From: Mustelus asterias
Lineage: Eukaryota
Assembly (NCBI RefSeq): GCF_964213995.1
Contig: NC_135808.1
Location: 22,568,001 to 22,631,845, forward strand
DNA length: 63,845 nucleotides
Reading direction: 5' to 3'
Below, one piece after another: positions 14,516 to 23,630 of this stretch. Made by a program: the position numbers and the translations under genes. How positions within the stretch are numbered: position 1 is the first letter of the stretch; each line of letters starts with the position of its first letter. The notes under the pieces were generated by a model. The model saw nothing but the letters and a program-made list of their open reading frames with translations, did not search any database and was not told where the DNA came from.

Positions 14516-14907
14516 ATGATTGGACTGATAGAGCTGGTCCTTCTGTGTGGAGAGGTGTCTGCAGGTGAGTGATGGGGTGTGAGAGGGGCAATGCCAGGCT
14601 GGGTACTGGGGCATTAACCCTGGGTCAGTGAGTGATGGGGTGTGAGAGGGGCAAAGCCAGGCTGGGTACTGGGGCATTAACCCTGGGTCAGTGAGTGATG
14701 GGGTGTGAGAGGGGCAATGCCAGGCTGGGTACTGGGGCATTAACCCTGGGTCAGTGAGTGATGGGGTGTGAGAGGGGCAATGCCAGGCTGGGTACTGGGG
14801 CATTAACCCTGGGTCACTGAGTGATGGGGTGTGAGAGGGGCAATGTCAGGCTGGGTGGAGGCCTTGCTCTCGGTTTGGAATCAGTGTTTTGGGGTTCATG
14901 CCCTGAT

Positions 14908-14943
<36 letters not shown>

Positions 14944-17900
14944 GTGTTGGTGTTTTTAGGGTGTCTATCCTGAATTCTCTCTCTCTCTATTCCAGGCTCT
15001 CACTCTCTCCGGTATTTCTTCACGGGAATGACTCCGATCCCGGGTTTCCCGGAGTTTGTGGCTGTCGGTTCTGTGGACGGTGTCCAGTTTGTTTTGTACG
15101 ACAGCGATCGGAGGGAGCTGATCCCCCGGGAGCAGTGGATGGTGGAGAGCGAGGGTCGGGCAGCCTGGGAGCGGAAGAAGGATCTCGCACAGGAGCAGGA
15201 GATGTACTCCAAACTTACTGTTCCACTGCTCATGACCCGCACCAACCAGACAGGAGGTGAGTGCTCACTCTCCCAGCACCCTGGATCCAGGTGGGAATGA
15301 GGAGAAACCCAGAGTGGATCAGGAACCGGGAGCCAGAGGCTGATTGGCTGCGATTGGAGATGTGACAAGAAATGTGATTGGCTGTGAATGTGTGGAGGGA
15401 TTGTTTCCAGGGAGGTCTGGCTCTGATTGGCTGTGTGTGAGGGGGGGGGGGGGGGGCAGAGTACTTGATGTTGATTGGCTGGTAGGATGAGATCGTCCAG
15501 TGAGACTAGTTCTGAGTGGCTGTGCAGGTGGGATCGCCCATTGGGACTGTCTCTGATTGGCTGTTTGTGTTTCTGATCCTTAGGGATCCATGTTTACCAG
15601 CTGATGACTGGCTGTGACCTGAGGGATGATGGGACCACGAGTGGATTCAACCAAAGGGGATGGGACGGAGATGATTTTATCAGCTTCGACAAGGATCACA
15701 TGATGTGGGTGACCCCGGTGCCCTGGGGAGAGATCACCAAAAACAAGTTGGACAGGAGCACAGTCGACATTCAGCGATGGAAACATTACCTGGAGGTGGA
15801 GTGTATCGAGTGGCTGAGGAAATACCTGGAGTACGGACAGAAAGAATTGAGAGTCTGTGAGTGAGGGGGGAGTGAGAGTTGGTGAGTGAGGGGGGGGAGT
15901 GAGAGTCGGTGAGTGAGGGGTGAGTGAAAGTCGGTGAGTGAGGGGGGGAGTGAGAGGCGGTGAGTGAGGGGGGAGTGAGAGTCGGTGAGTGAGGGGGGAG
16001 TGAGAGTCGGTGAGGGAGGGAGGGAGCGAGAGTCGGTGAGTGAGGGGGGAGTGAGAGTCGGTGAGTGAGGGGAGTGAGAGTCGGTGAGTGAGGGGGGAGT
16101 GAGAGTCAGTGAGTGAGGGGGGAGTGAGAGTCGGTGAGTGAGGGGGGAGTGAGAGTCGGTGAGTGAGGGGGGAGTGAGAGTCGGTGAGTGAGGGGGGAGT
16201 GAGAGTCGGTGAGTGAGAGGGGAGTGAGAGTCGGTGAGTGAGGGGGGAGTGAGAGTCGGTGAGTGAGGGGGGAGTGAGAGTCGGTGAGTGAGGGGGGAGT
16301 GAGAGTCGGTGAGTGAGGGGGGAGTGAGAGTCGGGGAGTGAGAGTCGGTGAGTGAGGGGGGAGTGAGAGTCGGTGAGTGAGGGGGGAGTGAGAGTCGGTG
16401 AGTGAGGGGGGGTGAGAGTCGGTGAGTGAGGGGGGAGTGAGAGTCGGTGAGTGAGGGAGGAGTGAGAGTCGGGGAGTGAGAGTCGGTGAGTGAGGGGGGA
16501 GTGAGAGTCGGTGAGTGAGGGGGGAGTGAGAGTCGGTGAGTGAGGGGAGTGAGAGTCGGTGAGTGAGGGGGGAGTGAGAGTCGGTGAGTGAGGGGGGGTG
16601 AGAGTCGGTGAGTGAGGGGGGAGTGAGAGTCGGTGAGTGAGGGGGGAGTGAGAGTCGGTGAGTGAGGGGGGAGTGAGAGTCGGTGAGTGAGGGGGGAGTG
16701 AGAGTCGGTGAGTGAGAGTCGGTGAGTGAGAGTCGGTGAGTGAGGGGGGAGTGAGAGTCGGTGAGTGAGGGGAGTGAGAGTCGGTGAGTGAGGGGGGAGT
16801 GAGAGTCGGTGAGTGGGGGGGGGTGAGAGTCGGTGAGTGAGGGGGGAGTGAGAGTCGGTGAGTGAGGGGGAGTGAGAGTCGGTGAAGGGGGTGATGCCGG
16901 GACTCTTATCTCGAGGTTCCTGTACTGACTCCTCTTTCTTTCTCTCTCAGTTGCCCCCGTCGTGTCCTTTACCCGTCTGGGTGATTCTAACCGGCTGTCC
17001 TGTGCCGTCACCGGGTTTTACCCTCAAGCCATCGAGGTGAATGTGTGGAGAAACGGAGTGATGATTGATGAGACTCTGTCCAGTGGGATCTTACCCAATC
17101 ACGACAGCTCCTACCAGATCCGGAAATGGGTCGAGTTTGATCCAGAGGACCAGGCCGAGTATTCCTGTCGGGTGGAACACAGCGGGATGAAGGAGACACT
17201 GGTGGTGATTTACGGTAAGACTGTTTCTCACTGTTAGAGAGGACCCAGCCTCAGACCAGGATCACAGGAGGGAGGGTCAGTGCTGAGCTGTCAACCCAGG
17301 ATATATAGAGAGGGAAATAAATCTTATTCAATGCGTTATATATCATGGTTCCACAGTGCAACGTGATACAGCGTATCATTGGATATTGGGATCGCACTGG
17401 ACCTGGTGTAACATTGGACACAAGAGTAGGTCTGGGCCTGGTGTATTCTGGGATATTACAGTATGGTGGGGCCCAGTGAACCCTGGGATATTGCAGTAGT
17501 ACAGACCGTGGTATATCCTGAGATACTCTCGTAGGACACATCCCAGTGAACCCTGGGATATTGCAGTGGTACAGACCGTGGTGTATCCTGAGATATTCTC
17601 GTAGGACAAAAACCAGTGTATCCTGGGATGTTGCAGTGTGTCAGGGTCTGGTGTATCCTGGGATATTACAGGAGGTTGGGCACCGTGGAATATCAGAGGA
17701 TGGAGAGAGCCTGGTGTATCCAAGAAACAATGCTTTTCACTGTGTACCAATACATGTGACAATAATAAATCACATCAAATATTACAGTAGGACTGGACCC
17801 AGTGCATCCTGGAAGTTTGCTTCAGTCAGATTAAGATCAGTATTCAGAGAAATAATGGAATTCCTTCTATTGGAGACAATTCATGAAAATCTAGAATCAA

Positions 17901-20457
17901 ATACTATAACAATGAATATTCAGCATGGATTTTGAAATGGAAAATCTTGTTTTACTCCAATTAGTGGATTTTTTGAGGATGTAACAAAGGGAATAGACAA
18001 TGGTAATGTAATAGATATAATATCATATAATTTTTTTAATGTAATAGAAAAGGGGGTTCGTGATGGACTGATTGACAAGGTGAAAGCATGTGGAGTTAGG
18101 GGATGAGTGACAGAATGGATCACTCACTGACTTTGGGACAGAAAACAGAGAGTGTGAGTAAAGGGTGTTTCAGAGTTACAGAAAGTGTTCCACAAGGATC
18201 AGTGCTGGGATCACCGCTGTTCACAAGTTACACTCCATAACTTGGATATTGGAATCAAAAATACCATTTCTTAATTTGCAGATAACATCAAATTGGGAGA
18301 ATTATTTGATTTTGAGGAGAACTGGAATAAATTAATAGGACATGAATAAACTTGAACAAATAGTTGGTAAATAAAGTTCAGCACAGTTAAACGTGAGGTA
18401 TTTTTCAGTTAACGATGAATAGGGAGGGTTGAGGAACAAAGGGATCTTGATGTACAAATACACCAATCAGTAAACATAGAGTTACAGGTTAGACAATAAA
18501 CAAAATACAATCGAAAACCAGGTTTGATTTCTCCAGGGATAGAATTGTAAAGTAGTGACTTTATTGCTAAACCTGTATCAAACCTTGGTTAGACCACATT
18601 TAAAGACCGTGTGCAGTTCCGGTCACCATTTCATAAAAAGGATATAGAGTCAGGGGAGAGAGTGTAGAGAAGATTTACAGAGATGATTCCAGAAATGAGT
18701 GGGTGGACATCTCAGGAAAGGATTGACCGGCTGGGTCTCTGCTCTCGGGAAAACAGAAGGCTGAGGGTTGACCGAATCGAGGATTTAAAATTAGGAAAGT
18801 TTTTTTTATAGGCCAGACACATCGAGAGTGTTCCTCTTGTGGGAAGAGCATATCCAGTGGCCATCAATACAAGAAACCCAATGGGGAATTCATGAGAAAC
18901 CTCTTCACCCAAAGAGTGATGAGAATGTGGAGCTCGCTGCCACAGGGGGTGGCTGAACTGAACAGTATAGTTTAAGGGGAGGATAGACAAGCAAATGAGG
19001 GAAAGGGGAATAGAGTTAAAATGGTTGAATTAGATGAGGAATGATGGGAGAAGGCTCAAGTGGAACATAAATACCAGTATCAACTAGATGGGCCGGAAGG
19101 CCATTTTCTATGTTGTATATCCTGTGTTTCCTGATTCACTCTCACTCTGATTCTCTCTCACATTTCTCTTTCTTTCACTCTGATTCACTCTTTCATTCTG
19201 TCTCTCTGATCTTTCTCTGTCTCTCATTCTCTCTCTTCCTCACTCTTAGTTGCTCATCCTCTCTCTCATTCTCTCCCACTCGCTCACATTCTATTTCTCT
19301 CTGAGTCTCACTGTTCCCTCTCCCTGATTCACTCAGTCTCTCACATTCTGTCTCTCTGATTCTCACTTTTTTCTCTCCCTGACTCACTCAGTCTCTCTGA
19401 TTCTCTCTCTCTAACAGAACCAAAGTCTCGCTCCCAGGTTGCTGTTACTGTCGGGATTGTGGTCGGGGTCCTCGTGCTCATCGCTCTCATCATTGTGGCT
19501 GTCGTCATCTACAACAAGAAAGGTAGGAATTGGAGGGAAAAGAGCGGTGGGTGAACTGTAGTGGATCCAGGCAGTCCGGGAGGCTGGAATTGATTCGTGC
19601 CATGACTAGCTTTTCGAATCATTTCATAACGATGGATGTCAGAGCCACCGGATGACAGCTCACTGGGGGCAGGGATTCTGGGAGAGTATTCCAGGGTGGC
19701 GGTGGCTCAGGCTGTGGATCTCAGATTGGTGTGGGGGCGGGGATGGGGGGCTGGTGGTTGTACAGAGTGGGTGGAAGAGCTGCAGGTTTGGGATAGGGAT
19801 GGTAAGGGGCTCATGATAAAGGATGAGTGTCTGAGAATTGTGGGAAGGGCCTCAAATTGGGTGAGGAGTTCAGGGTATCAGTGAGGGCTCAGCTAAGAGT
19901 GAGGGTCTAGGGACAGGACGGGAGTGATGGTCCAGGGTCAGGGTGGGAGTGAGGGTCTTGTGTCAGGATGGGAGTGAGGGTCTCTGGTTGTGGTGGGAGT
20001 GAGGGTTCAGAATTGTGTTGTTGGGGCTCAGTGCGAGTGAGAGTTCCAGCCTCTGTCTCTGATTTTCTCTCAGTCTCGTCACTCACTGAGCATTCCATGT
20101 TTTACAGGGAGAGGGAAGAGCAACTACAATCCTGCAAATAGTAAGCTGATCATCAAACATTGTCCCTGTGCAACTGTGTACATCATTGTTCATTCTGTTT
20201 CAACGTTAGTTTGTGTGTGTGTGTGTGCGTGCATCGTGCGTTTCTGTGTGGGTGTGTGGGCTTCTGTGTGTCGCCGTTAGTATGGGTGTGTGAGAACCTC
20301 TTTCTCTGTGTCTCTCTGTCTCTCTCATTCTCTCTTTATCATATTCACAGTCTCTGCCTCTGTCTCTCTGATGTTGAACAATGTTTTAACACCTCTTCTT
20401 CCTTTAACAGCTTCTGATGATGGGGATTCCTCATCCAGATCCTCCACAAGTACCTGA
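14516..20457 (+). CDS. MHC class I heavy chain gene 1 (nonclassical-like), 7 exons, 343 aa
   Basis: Exons 14516-14564 (leader MIGLIELVLLCGEVSA), 14996-15256 (a1), 15584-15856 (a2), 16951-17214 (a3), 19418-19522 (TM), 20108-20140, 20411-20457. All introns are GT-AG phase 1, total 1032 nt with no internal stop. An in-frame upstream ATG lies at 14501. Confidence 0.93.
14565..14856 (+). repeat. 63-bp minisatellite (about 4.5 units) starting at the exon 1 donor
   Basis: GTGAGTGATGGGG... recurs at 14565, 14628, 14691 and 14754. Confidence 0.9.
14996..15256 (+). CDS. Gene 1 exon 2, alpha1 domain
   Basis: GSHSLRYFFTGMTPIPGFPEFVAVGSVDG...LMTRTNQTGG, with the NQT glycosylation site. Confidence 0.93.
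15584..15856 (+). CDS. Gene 1 exon 3, alpha2 domain
   Basis: IHVYQLMTGCDL...WDGDDFISFD...YLEVECIEWLRKYLEYG, with the canonical Cys pair. Confidence 0.93.
15857..16890 (+). repeat. 25-bp G-rich minisatellite (GTGAGTGAGGGGGGAGTGAGAGTCG), about 40 units, in gene 1 intron 3
   Basis: Visible period. The unit spans the exon 3 end and the donor. Confidence 0.95.
16951..17214 (+). CDS. Gene 1 exon 4, alpha3 C1-set Ig domain
   Basis: LSCAVTGFYPQAIEVNVW...PNHDSSYQ...YSCRVEHSG. Confidence 0.93.
17380..17830 (+). repeat. Degenerate ~35-bp minisatellite in intron 4
   Basis: Recurrent CCTGGGATATTGCAGT motif. A shorter version is at about 34545-34920. Confidence 0.6.
17850..19110 (+). mobile_element. Old degenerate CR1 LINE relic in intron 4 (paralogous copies at ~34950-36205 and ~61900-62870)
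   Basis: Decayed QHGF, QGSVLG, FADN and LVRPHL motifs. Confidence 0.65.
19418..19522 (+). CDS. Gene 1 exon 5, connecting peptide and transmembrane
   Basis: EPKSRSQVAVTVGIVVGVLVLIALIIVAVVIYNKK. Preceded by a long CT-rich tract. Confidence 0.9.
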
Positions 20458-20888
20458 GGTATGAACTGTGTTGATAAATATTGGGAGCTGATCCTTCTAA
20501 CTGGGATATTCCCGCTGGATTTAGCTGTACAATCTGGTGGGTGGGCTGTGAGCTCAGTGTCTGTCTCTCGCTCTATAGTCACTAAAGAGCAGCTCATCCA
20601 ATCCAACACTGAGCTTTGAGACTGGCCTTCTGGAGACGGCTGTTCCTGTACAGTCTGAGGGTGGAGACATTGTGGGTGTTGAGGTGTCGAGACATCCGGA
20701 AACATCTCACCCTGGACAGCCTCCTCTGAGCTGCTCAATTTCCTGAAGGAATTTGTAACTCCCAGACTTTTCCCTGAAGTTGGTCACTGAGCTGTGCCGC
20801 TCCCACAGGTTTTTATTTTAGTCGTGTTTTGTGATGAGTCTGATCATTAGCTGGATGTTTGGGGCGTGGAGTAGAGTTTAGGAGTTAA

Positions 20889-21820
20889 GCTGGTGATTGG
20901 TGGTCTGATGGGTTTCGCTGGTGTTTTGTATTCTATTGGGTTTTGCTGGTGTTTGGGGCTCTGATGGGTTTAGCTGGTGTTTGGGGTCCTGATGGGTTTA
21001 GCTGGTGTTTGGGGATCTGATGGGTTTTGCTGGTGTTTGGGGGTCTGATGGGTTTTGCTGGTGTTTGGGGCTCCGATGGGTTTTGCTGGTGTTTGGGGCT
21101 CTGATATGTTTTGCTGGTGTTTGGGGGTCTGATGGGTTTAACTGGTGTCAGGGAGTCTGATGGGTTTAGCTGGTGTTTGGGGCTCTGATGGGTGTAGCTG
21201 GTGTTTGGGTTTCTGCTGGGTTATCTGGTGTTTGGAGGTCTGATGGATTGAGCTGGTGTTTGGGGCTCTGATGGGTTAGCTGATGCTTGGGGTCTGATGG
21301 GTTTTGCTGGTGTTTGGGGGTCTGATGGGTTTTGCTGGTGTTTGGGGTCTGATGGGATTTGCTGGTGTTTGGGGCTCTGATGGGTTGAGCTGGTGTTTGG
21401 GGCTCTGATGGGTTCAGCTGGTGTTTGGGGCTCTGATGGGTTTCGCTCGTGTTTGGGGCTCTAATGGGTTTTGCTGGTGTTTGAGGGTCCGATGGGTTTC
21501 GCTGGTGTTTGGGGATCTGATGGGTTTTGTTGGTGTTTGGGGCTCTGATGGGTTTAGCTGGTGTTTGGACGTCTGATGGGTTTTGCTGGTGTTTGGGGCT
21601 CTGATGGGTTTAGCTGGTGATTGGTGCTCTGATGGTTTAGCTGGTGTTTGGGGCTCTGATGGGTTTAACTGGTGTTTAGGGCTCTTGTGGGTTTTGCTGG
21701 TGTTTGGGGCTCCGAAGGGTGTTGCTGGTGTTAGGGGCTTTTGTGGGTTTAGCTGCTGTTTGGGGCTCTGATGGGTTTCGCTGGTGTTTCGGGGGTCTGA
21801 TGGGTTTTGCTGGTGTTTGT
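20889..21820 (+). repeat. 28-bp G/T-rich minisatellite (GCTGGTGTTTGGGGCTCTGATGGGTTTA) downstream of gene 1
   Basis: Period 28 (20945, 20973, 21001, 21029). Resumes at 22736-22815 after a CR1 insertion. Confidence 0.92.
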
Positions 21821-21823
21821 GGT

Positions 21824-22735
21824 CATAGAGTCATAGAGGTTTATAGCATGGAAACAGGCCCTTCGACCCAACTTGTCCATGCCGCCCTTATATGTTTTTA
21901 AAAACCCCTAAACTAATCCCAATTGCTCGCATTTGGCCCATATCCCTCTATACCCATCGTACCCATGTAACTATCTAAATGCTTTTGAAAAGATAAAATT
22001 GTACCTGCCTCTACTACTACCTCTGGCAGCTTGTTCCAGACACTCACTATCCTCTGTGTGAAAAAATTGCGCCTCTGGACAGTTTTGCATCTCTCCCCTC
22101 TCACCTTAAACCTATGCCCTCTAGTTTTAGACTCCCCGACCTTTGGGAAAAGATATTGACTATCTACCTTGTCTATGCCCCTCATTATTTTATAGACCTC
22201 TAGAAGGTCACCCCTTAGCCTCCTACACTCCAGAGAAAAAGTCCCAGTCTATTCAGCCTCTCCTCAAAACTCAATCCATCAAGTCCCGGTACCATCCTAG
22301 TAAATCTTTTCTGCACTCTTTCTAGTTTAATAATATCCTTTCTATATTAGGGTCGACAGAATTGCACACAGCATTCCAAGTGTGGCCTTACCAATTCCGT
22401 GTACAACTTCAACAAGACGTCCCAACTCCTGTATTCAATGTTCTGACCAATGAAACCAAGCATGCCGAATGCCTTCTTCACCACTCTGTCCACCTGTGAC
22501 TCCACTTTCAAGGAGTTATGAACATGCACTCCGAGATCTCTTTGTTCTGTAACTCTCCCCAACGCCCGACCATTAACTGAGTAACTCCTGCCCTGGTTCA
22601 ATCTACCAAAATGCATTACCTCGCATTTGTCGAAATGAAACTCCATCTGCCATTCGCCGGCCCACTGGCCCAATTGATCAAGATCCCGCTGCAATTGGAG
22701 ATAACCTTCCTCACTGTCCACCATGCCACAAATCT
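21824..22735 (-). mobile_element. CR1 LINE 3' fragment inserted in the 28-bp array
   Basis: Minus-strand ORFs WQMEFHFDKCEVMHFG and TRGHRFKVRG. Paralog at 40892-41808. Confidence 0.9.
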
Positions 22736-23520
22736 GGGTCTGATGGGTTTTGCTAGTGTTTGGGGTCTGCTGGGTTTAGCTGGTGTTTGGAGGTCTGATG
22801 GGATTTGCTGGTGGTGTGTGGTTGGAATGTTGAAGGAAATAATATTTATGATTGAGAGCGAGGCCATTCAGCCCATCATATCCCTTCCTGTTCATGAAGA
22901 ACTCTCCTGCTTAATATCACCTCCTGTACTCGATCTGTAGCTCTGTCGATCACAGCTCTTCAACTCGACGTCCAAGAATGGATTCAATGTGGTGAGAGTT
23001 TCTGCGTCTACCATCCTTTCAGACAGTGCTTCAGCTGTCGTCTATCTGGTGTTGTTACAATTCTAGCAAAACCATTCTGCTGTCTGTCTCAACTGATGAA
23101 AGAAAAGCATGTTATGTACCTTCTTTACCATGTAATTAACCTGTCCTGAAAACTTTCCCAATCTGTGGACATGCACTCCTGGATCCCTCTGATCCTCCAC
23201 ATTACTCATTATCCTCCCATTTACTGGGGAATCCCTTTGCCTTGTTCATCCTCCCGAAATCCATCACCTCTCACTGCTCCAGATTGAATTCCATTTTCCA
23301 ATGCTTTTCCCAACTGCTCAGGCCATCTCTATCTTCCTGCAATCTGAAGCTTTCCTCTTCACTGACACCCACACAGATAATATTTGTACCTCTGTAAACT
23401 CTTTATCATTCCCGCTGCATTTGAATCTAAATGATTCACATGAACTACAAAAAGTGAGGGTGTGAGTGCTGGGTCCTGTGGAACCCCCACTGGTAACAAG
23501 AAGTCTTGTTTAGGTCTGAG

Positions 23521-23630
23521 AAGTCTCTCAACATCAGGTTAAAATCCAATTCGGAATCACGAGCTTTCGGAGAACTGCTCCTTCGTCAGATGAGTGATGG
23601 TCAGTCCAACGCCGGCATCTCCACATCATG
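23521..23630. mobile_element. Tiny Penelope terminal-repeat remnant with an inverted hammerhead core
   Basis: Minus strand CTGACGAAGGAGCAGTTCTCCGAAAGC (23562-23590) abuts the plus-strand terminal CAGTCCAACGCCGGCATCTCCACAT. Paralog at 42592-42701. Confidence 0.6.

Noticed and set aside
16106-17011. Minus-strand Pro/Ser/Thr-rich ORFs (also 33229-34176 and 55031-55438) as mucin-like genes
   Set aside because: These are antisense translations of the 25-bp intronic minisatellite.
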